A stretch of 63,381 nucleotides of DNA, the filler included, from Octopus bimaculoides (taxonomy: Eukaryota): NCBI RefSeq assembly GCF_001194135.2. It is 5 parts of 5 records of this genome, joined end to end, with 100 filler letters (N's around TTAATTAATTAA, not from the genome) between each part and the next. Parts side by side here need not be neighbours in the genome. Positions count along the whole stretch, not along the records: positions 41,853 to 56,989 come from NC_068981.1; positions 57,090 to 62,244 come from NW_026338719.1; positions 62,345 to 63,381 come from NW_026314649.1; 2 more parts are not named here. One strand, written 5' to 3'. Positions within the stretch are counted from its first letter, which is position 1, and the number at the start of each line of letters is the position of its first letter. The notes under the pieces are model-generated. The model did not search any database and had not been told where the DNA came from. It was given only the letters and a program-made list of their open reading frames with translations. Of this stretch, positions 51,722-63,381 are shown piece after piece. Both the position numbers and the translations under genes were made by a program.

Positions 51722-51755
51722 ATCCAGTTTCCATGGAGAAATGAAAGCAAAATAG
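51722..51755 (-). CDS. Candidate 34-nt exon (phase 2-0), YFAFISPWKLD, upstream of the 51470 exon
   Basis: Acceptor aatattttgtccaatcag, donor GAT|gtaagt. Phase-compatible with 51470-51529 across a 192-nt intron. Confidence 0.4.
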
Positions 51756-54700
51756 CTGATTGGACAAAATATTCGACAACTAGCTTAGAGATCCTAAGTT
51801 CGTATTAGTTGTAAATCTTTCTCTGGGTTAGACACGACTATAGAAGTAACTGCAGTGTATAAGGTACCAGATTTTCTGGGAGTGATTATCAATTTAATGC
51901 TACAGAATCTGGTGCAAAACATTAGATTATATTCCTCCTCTTAGTTCATAGAGACATCATTGCTCATTATTTAATTGCTAGCATGAGCTGTGCAACTGTA
52001 AATTAAGACATTGTCACAAATTGTTGGATGCATTTTAACAGCTAGATTTTAAAAACAACAACAGTTGCTGCCATTGCCATTGGTTAGAAGATTATCACCT
52101 AGACTAGACTGCCTGTCTGTCCACATACACACATCACAGACAGTATTGTAAAGGTGGTTATGCATATATGGAGAGAGAGAGATTTTACTGTATAGTCAGG
52201 GAGGGAAGTGCAATAACTATATCTTCTACCATCACTTGCTTCTGGGTCAGGAAGTGGAAACCTGACCTAAATGCTTGCAACAGAATGACCACCATTTAAG
52301 ATATCCAAAGATCAGGTGGGGGTATTAAAATAATATACAAATGGTATTTTCTCAATCAAACTGGTATTCACAACATTTATGCTACATGTGTATGTGTGTA
52401 CGCACACATGCATGCCTGCGTTTAGTTCACACACACCAACTACAGAAAACCCAATAACTGAACAACTACCATACAAGTTTACCATGAGTACAATGTTAGA
52501 ATTATTTCCTATTACAAACTATAAATAATTTTTAAAATGTTATATAGTCATCAGAGTTTGCTAGGAAATGTGAAAAAGCAATAAAAGGAGAGAATGAACA
52601 AGATTATTTCCACTTGGCAGTTTCTAACAAATCAAAAATTTACTTGTTAATTATCTCCAAAAGATAATTAACATTTTCATATAGGCTTATAACTTAAAAC
52701 AAAATTGAAAACATTATAAAGATATTTAGAGAGAAGTGGTAAAAGTAAAATAGTTTGTTTCAGATGCCACCTGTTCAAATCAAAAAACATTGTTGTTCGG
52801 AATAATAATTATAATAGATTCACTTGAGAAAGTACTTGAGCAGTAGATATGAAAACAAAAACAAGATTTGGATAATGCTCCAATGAAGGAGGAATATTTA
52901 TAGTTAAAATTAAAAGCAGGCTTTCATTAGCATCCTCTTAACTGCTGCTTCTTTTGTTACAGATGATTGAGTATTCATTCACAGACAAAGAGAGAAAAAA
53001 ACCTCCCCAAAAACACATAACCAAACAAAACAAAGAACTTCATGGTCACACTCCACCTATTTCTACAAAGGAATTTTACTGAAACAGATTATGGGAAATA
53101 ATTGAAGTTTGGAAAGAAATAACTTACAACAATGTAAGACTATAATTAGATATTAATTTTCATCATTATCTAAATTTACCATACATGATAATAAGAGTTT
53201 AATATCACAAAGCATAATTTTATTCCTATGAAATTGCCTGTATGACTTAAATTCTTTGTATAGTTTGTAGTAATCAGCTCTATACTGAAATTTAACTAAA
53301 TCTTATATTGCCAGTTGATTTTTTTTTTATGTGTTCACTATCTTGTTAGATGGTGAATCATTAGGCAGCCTGTTGGTAAAGGTTGTATCACATAGATTGT
53401 TTTGCAGTAATTATTCCAGCTCTCTGAGATCTAATCCTGCCAAGGCCAACTTTATGTTTCACTCTTTCAGAGTCAATAAATAAAATACAAATCAAGTACT
53501 GGAAGTGATTCTCCTTTTCCTTTAACTATAAAAAAAAAAATATCCTGTTTCTTTCACTCCTTCTGAAACAAATCAACTATGGTCAGACCTGCAGAAGAAC
53601 AGACTCCCCCAGTCATGCCATATATCATGACAATGCTGATACAATTCCATCAAAAAATTAAGAATCCATGGTGTGACATGGAATTTTAATTATTTTGTAT
53701 GTAGGGGCTACAAAATAAAAAAACCCACATGTATTGCCTTTAGTTATTCTGAAGACAAAGACCATGTACCCAGTGTTTTAGTGGGTTCTACTAGACATTC
53801 CTGGGGGGAAACATCTAAAATACAAAGGATGACAATCTTGAAGATGATGAGTAACAAGAAACTGACAGATATTCTTCTTGTTAATGATTATTTTTCATGC
53901 ACAATTCAAGTTTTTGGCAAGAGGACAAATTCTATCACTCTTCTACTTTGCAAGATTATAGCAAATCTTTGTGTTAGCATATATGATTGGCAAGGAAACT
54001 AGTAAACAGCACACCTGCTTTGGGCAGTTTGACAACCTGATAATCAGAGTGACAAGAGCCAATTATATAAAGAAGGTAGGTGCTAAAGAAATAAATCAAT
54101 ATCATACCTAATCAAGCAGGAAACACACAAACTTTTTTTAATATACATTCCAAGAGAAGTTAAAAGATATTAAGTGGAGAGTATAACAAGAAAATCCTTT
54201 GGAATTTTGTTTCTGATACCAAATTAGTTCCTTAGAAATTATAAAAACTTAGAAAGATGGTGTACGGAATAGAAAGATATATAAATCCCCCCCCCCCCCT
54301 TCAACATGAGAAACTAAGATTTCTTAGAGTTATTTTACATTCTCATGTATGAAGTTACCTTTGCAAAGTGAAATTTAAAGCAAAACAGAAATAGATAAAT
54401 TTTTAGAATCAAAAAAGTATCAAGTAAAAAGTATGCATATATCGTCAAGATTTCTCTGCCAGCCAATTAAAACATTCTTCACTTTAGTGCTTAGATGCTA
54501 TCAAGGGTTTTGTAAAAATATTAACAGCAAAAATAGCTTAAGATTTGTAGTAAATGCAATACTTCCAAATGAATGCAGAAAAAAAAAAGAGAACTTATTA
54601 AGGATTGTAAGTCCTTGGTGGGATTTTAACTATAGATTTTTTTAGATTTTTTAAAATTCAAGGATAAAATAAAAAAACAAAACAAGAATTATATATACAT

Positions 54701-55180
54701 ATTTTCAAAATATAAACAAAAATTCAAATATTTTTCCTAAGCATTATCAATTTTCTTAAGTGGCAAGCTGAATACACCATCCATTTTAATACCATCACCT
54801 GGATTTTGGGTGCGTTTCCTAAAGTTCACCCTTGACCCAGTCCCCTTCCTGTTTACCTTTTCCTTTCAGACATTAGACCACCTCCCACTCCCAAATTCTC
54901 CCAGTTAATTGCGGGGATTATTTCCTATTCTTTTTCTGTTATGCAACTTACTTGGCAACCCTTCTAGTGCTGGTGGTACACACACACAAAAAAAGTACCA
55001 ATACACACTGTAAAGTGAATTAAATATTCTTCAACCAAAGTGGAAATAACCTATTTAAAACTTAATCTTAATCATCATTTTAATGTCCATGTATCTTACA
55101 TTGTACGCAGAAGAACACTTTTTTCTCAGAAAAGCTGTCATCCAACCATACATGTTCATCCCAGTACATCCACTTCCCCT

Positions 55181-55317
55181 TCACAAATCAGACTGGTTTT
55201 TTTTTTTGTTATTTCTATTAATAGTGCATTCAGGAGGAACTGCAATGCTGATGTCCTTTGCTGGTCCTATGGGATTGATGAAGTTGATGTTTGGTTTAAA
55301 TATTTGTAAGTTAACAT
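55181..55317 (-). CDS. Candidate terminal coding exon, (D)VNLQIFKPNINFINPIGPAKDISIAVPPECTINRNNKKKNQSDL*; product unknown
   Basis: Strong acceptor ctacttttttcctgcag. One open phase to TGA at 55181-55183, followed by long AT-rich UTR-like sequence. No donor seen. Confidence 0.4.
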
Positions 55318-56989
55318 CTGCAGGAAAAAAGTAGATGAGGAAAGGGCTGAGACTCAGGGGAAGAAGAATCCAGAAAAAGTGGTTAGTTTTGGATGATGTG
55401 AGATGGAGATATCTATTACTTGAGAGAAAAAGAAGAAAAAAAAAAGACACCAGAAGAAAGGCCATGTAGTCTGAGATAAACATAATTCTGTTTAATCAGT
55501 GCTGATCTGGGGAATAGCAATAACTCAGTTTTCATATCGCATGTGACTGGTACACACCTTCTCATAACTAGTCGATTTTTCTAAACCAAACTTGTATCAA
55601 GAATATAATTCTTCCAACTATTTTTAAAGATAAAACATCTATTTCATATTTATATTTACAATTTTTATCAGTTTGATTACTGGTTGTCATCAAGCATTTT
55701 TTTCTTGGCTGTGTATATAGTACAAAACTGGATTAAAAGTATGGTGTTTATATCCAAGAATAATATACCCCACCTGATGGTGAACAAAGATGATGCCAAT
55801 CAAAATGTAGAGTAGATTTTTTTATTTATAAATATTGGTTTCAAATTTTGGCATAAGGCCAGCAATTTTGTGGGGAGAGGCTAAGTCCATTAAATCAATC
55901 GCAGTGCCCAACTTGTACTTATTTAGTTGACCCTGGCAGCATTTGAACTTAGAATATAAAGTCATAAGAAATACTGCTAAGCAGTAACAACTCTGCCAGC
56001 TCACCAAATTAATATAGATATAAACATTAAAAATAATATTCATATGTAACAATCAAGTTAATAGTCCAAGCAATTATAATCATATTAACAATTCTTCAAC
56101 TTAGACACTTAGCCAATTAATGATCTAATTAACATTTAACTCAGATTTTTATCAACAGCATTTTCACTGTCTGCATCTTAATGCAGGTGATCAGGAGGAA
56201 ATTGGTTTTCTAAGCTGACTGGGGGAACACACACACACACAACTCTCCACTAACTCACCAAAATTATTTACATGAACTCTATGTGGTCACTAAACATAGT
56301 AGAAATAGTAGCCAATCCTCCTCTGATCATACTCCAAAATACCATTAGAATAGGATAACACTCATGTATACACTATACCTTAAAAATATGAAAAAAAAGA
56401 AAAAAAAAAGAAAAAAGAAAAAAAGAGGACAATCATGTTTTGAATGTTTTTGATCAAAGGTCTATTCAGTCATGGTTGACCTAGGGTTAAACAACAACTT
56501 GACTAAACTTATTGATTACATTTAAAGTTGTGTGTACTAATCTACAGATGTTCCCAGCAGGAAACATCTGTAAAAAAAAAAGTTACATCTAAATAACTAA
56601 TCAGGTAATTTTAATGATGCCATTGAGATTTTACTGTTATTGTTCATAAGTTGGAAGTGAATTTAAAAGAAAAAACAAAAACAAAAATGAATTCTATGAT
56701 TAATAAAAACTGGTGTCATTAAAATCAATTTACTGGAAAAAAAATTTTTTTGATATCTAAAAATAATAATCATTTCTAACATTTTCTAATATTGATTTTT
56801 TAAATAATAACAATATGTAAGACAGAAACTGTTGAAAACTTAAAAAAATAGACATACAATACAAAGAAAGCTATTTTCTTGCATTGTCATTTTTTTTTTG
56901 TACAATTCTTTTGAGAAAGTAAACATCTCCTGTTTATCTTTTATTGCCATAGAAGATATAAAAGCTATCCTAGTTAGAACAAGTTTAAA

Positions 56990-57089
56990 NNNNNNNNNNN
57001 NNNNNNNNNNNNNNNNNNNNNNNNNNNNNNNNNTTAATTAATTAANNNNNNNNNNNNNNNNNNNNNNNNNNNNNNNNNNNNNNNNNNNN
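56990..57089. other. Artificial assembly linker
   Basis: N44-TTAATTAATTAA-N44. Confidence 0.95.
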
Positions 57090-57159
57090 TATATATAAAG
57101 ACGCTTCTATTTATCCATCTTTATAAGCAGAAATGTAACAAATGTAAATGCGACAACCA

Positions 57160-57690
57160 TTGTGGCATCTCCCTTTTTACATGTTGCTGGGAGGATCCTT
57201 GGAAGGGTTATCTTAAGGAGACTAAATGATTCCCTTGCCAGCTTAGTGTTACCTGAATGTCAGTGTGGATTGTGGGCTGGTAGAGGCATGGGGGATATGA
57301 TTTCTAGTATATGGCAGCTGCAGGAAACGTCTCGTGAGCACACCCGAAACCTTTTAATCACTTTTGTAGATCTAGCTAAAGCTTTCCATACCACGATCTA
57401 GGGATGCTTTTTGGGTTTTCCTTAGAAAGTTAGGTATTCCCGAAAAGATGCTCAATGTCATAATTTCATTCCATCAAAGGATGATGGCTTCTGTTGGATC
57501 TAGCGGGGAAATGTTCGATTCATTCACAGTCTAAAATGGAACAAAACAAGGTTGCTTTGTATTTCTCCGTCATGTTGGAAACAGCGTTCGAGGATATTGA
57601 AGAAGGAGTAAAAGTCCTAGTGGCAGCCAAAGAGAAAAGATTCAAATCAAGTTATCGAGTAAGTTCCATGGGAAAATTTTAAGGCATTTC
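57160..57690 (+). mobile_element. RTE (BovB-like) LINE RT fragment
   Basis: LVLPECQCGLWAGRGMGDMISSIWQLQETSREHTRNLLITFVDLAKAF matches the RTE motif LPESQCGFR.GRGT.DMIF..RQLQEK.RE....L...F.DL.KAFD. Confidence 0.9.
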
Positions 57691-57719
57691 TTAAGTATCT
57701 TGTCAAGTTTGACCGAAAA

Positions 57720-57855
57720 TGGTACTACAAGAAAATCACATGACGTGTAAAAGTACGTTTTCTGAATCATTTTTGATTGAGAATTAGGCTAGAAAAATGG
57801 AATTCGGATTTCGTCATTGAAGGAAGACGGTAGCGGAACGGACTTCCGTTTCAAG
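57720..57855. promoter_or_regulatory. Possible CpG-rich promoter-like patch
   Basis: ACTACAA (57724), E-box/CRE-like TCACATGACGTG (57736) and ETS-like ACTTCCG (57842) in a CpG-retaining 130-nt stretch. No associated exon found. Confidence 0.25.
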
Positions 57856-58545
57856 TACGAAACTAGTTGTTTATATTTATATTTAAGCTAATTTTTGATG
57901 TCAAAAATGGCAGTTAAAAATATTGTTACATGCTCTTTTACTCTTTTACTTATTTCAGTCATTTGACTGCGGCCAAGCTGGAGCGCCGCCTTTATAGTCC
58001 ACCAAATCGACCCCAGAGCTTATTCTTTGTAAGCCTAGTACTTATTCTATCGGCCTCTTTTGCCGAACCGCTAAGTTACGGGGACGCAAACACACAAACA
58101 TATACACACACATACATATATATATATATTTTGCCATTATGTTTATCTTGTTTACACGCAAAACCCTCACAACATACACACACACATACACACACGTACA
58201 CACACACACANNNNNNNNNNNNNNNNNNNNNNNNNNNNNNNNNNNNNNNNNNNNNNNNNNNNNNNNNNNNNNNNNNNNNNNNNNNNNNNNNNNNNNNNNN
58301 NNNNNNNNNNNNNNNNNNNNNNNNNNNNNNNNNNNNNNNNNNNNNNTGTCTTTTGCCAGTTTTCTGAACGGTGGATGGAAGTGGCGAGAATGGTGCGGGG
58401 GAACGGGCCTGCCTTGAGCATACGCCTGTAGTTGGAAAAAAGGAAAGGAGAAAAGACACCTGCCCCAAAAGTCAGGGCATCCATGGTTTTTATGGGGTTT
58501 TTTCCACGGGTAGTCCTCGAACATCTCTTCCCTATTTAATTGTTG

Positions 58546-58591
<46 letters not shown>

Positions 58592-58881
58592 TTTGCCATT
58601 ATGTTTATCTTGTTTACACGCAAAACCCTCACAACATACACACACACATACACACACGTACACACACACACAATCTTTGTTTTGCCTTGTACTGTCAATA
58701 ATGATTTTCTTAATGTAAACCCTCTGTTGTTAATAAAGAAATCATCATCATCATTATCATCATCGTCATCATCATCATCATCATCACCACCGCCACCACC
58801 ACGACTAGCACCACCATCATCATCATCATTATTGCTGTTATTATTATCATTGTTATTATTGTTATCATTGTTCTTGTTATT

Positions 58882-58914
<33 letters not shown>

Positions 58915-59120
58915 ATTACAGAGAATGAAATGTTAACGAAAGGAGCGAATTGACAGCGTAAACGCTGTGAACAACGATTATTCGACAATAATTAAGGTGT
59001 CATTTAGCACTTAATGACTACTCCAGAGCTAATGAAAACATCACGCCATTTTCAACATTATCGCAATCCTTCTCCTCCTCTTCTTCTTCTTCCTCCTCCT
59101 CCTCCTGCTCATCACCATCG

Positions 59121-59153
<33 letters not shown>

Positions 59154-60215
59154 ACATCATATAATTACATCGATTAGTATAACATTCATAGGACTTTTTG
59201 TAACAAAACTTACATCAACATCGAAACACACACATAAAGACTTCATCAACACATACGCGCGCGCGCGCACACACACACATACACACACACAAGTAACACA
59301 CACACACACAAGCAACAAACACACACACACACGCAACACACACACACACGCACACTCACATATACACACATACACACATACACTCATACAAGCATAAGCG
59401 AATATCAACATACGAACACACACACACACACCCTCAAGCACGCATGCGCGCGCACACACAGACACATGCCAACACACACACTGACACATACACATACATA
59501 CACTCACACAGATAGACATAAAACAAATATCAGCATACAAACACACACATACACACACATACACACACACGCACACATGCAATAGACTTAGGGCAGACGT
59601 CACTATATTGTGACATCGGCGGGTTTTGAACTCAGAAATTAAAGAGCAGGGATCAATGCTACAAAAGCCTGAAATTTAAGAGGAAGTAGGTAATCGATTA
59701 CATCGACCCCACTGCTTAATCGATATTTATCTAATCGACCCCGAAACGATGAAAGGTCAAATCGACCCTAGCGGATTTGAACTCAGAACGTAAAGTCAGT
59801 CNNNNNNNNNNNNNNNNNNNNNNNNNNNNNNNNNNNNNNNNNNNNNNNNNNNNNNNNNNNNNNNNNNNNNNNNNNNNNNNNNNNNNNNNNNNNNNNNNNN
59901 NNNNNNNNNNNNNNNNNNNNNNNNNNNNNNNNNNNNNNNNNNNNNNNNNNNNNNNNNNNNNNNNNNNNNNNNNNNNNNNNNNNNNNNNNNNNNNNNNNNN
60001 NNNNNNNNNNNNNNNNNNNNNNNNNNNNNNNNNNNNNNNNNNNNNNNNNNNNNNNNNNNNNNNNNNNNNNNNNNNNNNNNNNNNNNNNNNNNNNNNNNNN
60101 NNNNNNNNNNNNNNNNNNNNNNNNNNNNNNNNNNNNNNNNNNNNNNNNNNNNNNNNNNNNNNNNNNNNNNNNNNNNNNNNNNNNNNNNNNNNNNNNNNNN
60201 NNNNNNNNNNNNNNN

Positions 60216-60259
<44 letters not shown>

Positions 60260-60269
<10 letters not shown>

Positions 60270-60682
60270 ATAAAGAGAATAGAAAATGCCAGATAATTGA
60301 CTTTACAGTGCGAAATGATGAGAAAATTAATGAGAGGTCTAGAAAAAATAGCAAAGTACTAGGACCTAGCCATTGAAGATCAGAGACTATGGAAAGTACG
60401 GGTAGAATGTATTTCAATAGTTATAGGTGCATTGGGGAACTATCCCTAAATATCTGAACAGATGGATAGGGGAAATAGGCGTAAAACCCAGTTTAGTACA
60501 GCTGCAGAAGACAGTGTTATTAGGGACAGCTAGGATACTTAGGAGGGGTCTTGGCATCTAAGGTTACTTGCTGTAACCCGATAGGAGGGCTATTGGCATC
60601 TAAGGCTACTTGTTCTAGCCCGATGCTAGGATTCTTGTGTCTTTTCCAACAGTCTAATCTGTTGAATGTATATGCATATGAA
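60260..60682 (+). mobile_element. 3' end of a restriction-like-endonuclease (R4/Dong/NeSL-type) non-LTR retrotransposon
   Basis: VVVDKENRKCQIIDF...EKIAKY*DLAIEDQRLWKVRVECISIVIGALG/TIPKYL...LQKTVLLGTARILRR.LGI* (stop 60559-60561), then a 3' UTR ending at an (AAT)n run. Confidence 0.85.
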
Positions 60683-60732
<50 letters not shown>

Positions 60733-61275
60733 TAAAATTTTATGTTTTCTTAAACATTCTAATTTTCTTATGTTTTCTTAAACATTCTCTAGAACATCAC
60801 TCTGTGCAAAACCAAATATATGGCACCCAAGGCATAACACCAACATGAACTTCTAACTTGTTGTCTCTTGAGGTCTCTGGGTGAGACCTGGAGTCAACTT
60901 GTAAAAATACAAAGCCAAAGTCAAACATATGATAATAATAATAATAATAATAATAATTTCTTTATAATAAATAATAGTCTCTGATAACATTTTAAATCTT
61001 GTCAGGAGATTAATAAAGAACTGGAATATAGAGTTGAAGTTCTGAGTTCAAATTCTACCGAGGTCGACTTTGTCTTTTCATCATTTTGGGGTCGATAAAA
61101 TAAGTACCAATTGAACAGTGGGGGAGNNNNNNNNNNGCCACGTGCCAACATTTGAAACCTTTATTATTCTGCTTTTCATCTCATCGGCAAGTTACATCAT
61201 TCCAGAAAAATTCCGCAAGCGATATTTTGTTGCCTTTTGTGCGGTGGATTTTGATGATGATGATGATGATAATGG

Positions 61276-61314
<39 letters not shown>

Positions 61315-62244
61315 GGCTGATGTTGATGATGATGATGATGGTGATGAGGGTGTTGTTGATGATGATGATGATGATGATGACGACAGTGATCCCTCATACT
61401 CCGCCGAATCAGAATTCGATACGTTATTAGGTATCGAATGTCGTAAGGAAAAGTAGTGGGGTCAATGAGCGGGTGGGGGAAAACCTGATTGCAATAATAA
61501 AATAAACAAACAAACAAAAAGACACTAACAAACAAAGAACAAACAAACAAACATAAAAATCAACAACAGCATCAATCGAACAAACATAATAAACTATTAA
61601 TAGAAACAAATAAAAATTGAAATTTGAAAAATTCAATTATCAGAAATTGAGTTAATTTTTATTTATTATGTGTGGGTGGGGGGCATTTGTAGAATTCGGT
61701 CGGGTAGCATTATATTTTTTATGGTTATTTTTCTTAGAAATTTATTCTTACTTGACTTGTTGTTGTTGTTGTTGTTGTTGTTCTTCTTCTTCTTCTTCTT
61801 CTTCTTCTTCTTCTTCTTCTTCTTCTTCTTCTTCTTCTTCTTCTTCTCCTCCTCCTCCTCCTCCTCCTCCCCCTTCTTCTTTGTTTCGTGGGGGAGATTT
61901 AAATTTACTTGAATTTGATATTTAATCCGTACCTTCTCACCAAGCAGCTTGCATTGATTTTTCAGCATGGGATCGCAAAATTCGGCTGAAATTAGCGACA
62001 ACACACGTGGATGTATATGTATGGGAGCATATATGCATATGTACATATATATATATATACATATACATGTGTGTGTGTGTGTGTATGAATGAGTGTGTGT
62101 GTGCGTGCGTATCAAACTGCCTACACGCTGAATTCTCGGAGGTTTATACAGAGATGATGGTCTTTTCCTATGTAACAAGGTACGCAGTCAGAATTCGGCA
62201 TTAGCTGGCCGCTAACACTTTTTTCTGCAAAATAGGGGTAGCTT

Positions 62245-62344
62245 NNNNNNNNNNNNNNNNNNNNNNNNNNNNNNNNNNNNNNNNNNNNTTAATTAATTAA
62301 NNNNNNNNNNNNNNNNNNNNNNNNNNNNNNNNNNNNNNNNNNNN
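62245..62344. other. Artificial assembly linker
   Basis: N44-TTAATTAATTAA-N44. Confidence 0.95.
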
Positions 62345-62794
62345 TATATTACATATACTTATATATATATGGGAAATAGCCCTGAAACTCGAGTCGCCTT
62401 TATATATATATATTTATATTTATATATTTATATATTTGATCCTTTATATTGAACACTCAATATTTCATCTACATTCAATACTTTATTTCATGGTGCCATC
62501 CATTTTTATTTTATTTTATATTATATATTGTATATTCCATATTCTATACCCCACATTAGTTCTGCAGGAATATAAATAAAACATAAAAAACAGACAGTGT
62601 TGGAACTCTTTTAAGCAAAATAATACATATATATATATACACGTAGACATATGTACATGCATGTATAGATAAGTTCCCTCCAAGCAAAGTGTTATTTAAT
62701 TGTGGGCTGGGTAACTAATAATTTCTTTTCCTGTGTGAATGTATATTATTTACGTTTGGCATTGGATTGTTTTACAACACAGACAAACAGACAG

Positions 62795-62826
<32 letters not shown>

Positions 62827-63091
62827 ACATGTACGTATGTGTGTGTGCGTGCGTGTACTTTGAAATGTGTGCATGTAGTTGTCCCTATGAAAGGGATCGA
62901 GTGTGATATGAACAGGTGCGTGTACGTGGTTATGTATATGCGTGTGTGAGGGAATGTGTACATGTTTCCTTTCCCAGATATGCATGTGTGTTTGTGTGTA
63001 TTCGTGTGTGTGTGTGCGTGTACGTGTGTGCCTCTGTGTGTGTGTGTGTTTGTGTGTGTATTTGTGTGTGTGTTTGTGTGATTTATGTACT

Positions 63092-63128
<37 letters not shown>

Positions 63129-63202
63129 GTATATTCTTGCAGTTTTTGGAAGTCCTCCACCGTTTACATAAGGACGTGTGTGTATCTCAATGTACGTTCT
63201 TC

Positions 63203-63235
<33 letters not shown>

Positions 63236-63381
63236 TGCACATGAACGTAGTTATACACTCGTCCATTATATATAGATCCTGTTTGGTGGTGGGGAACTGT
63301 CTTCAACAGCCGCCTGAAAAGTTATAAATTCTGTCTTGGGCTGTTTCCCGGAGACAGATGTCTCAAGAGTAAAATGAACAT

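Noticed and set aside
57650-57665. Plus-strand GTAAGT donor near the promoter-like patch
   Set aside because: Lies within the decayed RTE fragment.

Overview
Repeat-rich eukaryotic DNA with many N gaps, most likely an Octopus genome (inferred from the SINE/RTE repertoire and microsatellite density). Four identical 100-bp N44-TTAATTAATTAA-N44 linkers show the window is five pieces joined artificially, so contiguity across them is not guaranteed. Best-supported gene content: two minus-strand exons (12173-12364, 4427-4611) that splice in frame into a ricin-B (beta-trefoil) segment resembling DCDC1. Short candidate minus-strand exons of unknown identity lie at 44.6-55.3 kb. The rest is mobile DNA: several tRNA-headed SINE families (one a TSD-flanked dimer, one with a hammerhead-like tail), RTE, Tx1-like and RLE-type LINE fragments, a dead mariner, four MITEs, a 166-bp palindrome and many micro/minisatellites. 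No rRNA, genuine tRNA gene or CRISPR array was seen. Most ORFs in the supplied track are microsatellite, gap or TE artefacts. All family names come from motif recognition and recall; no database searches were run.
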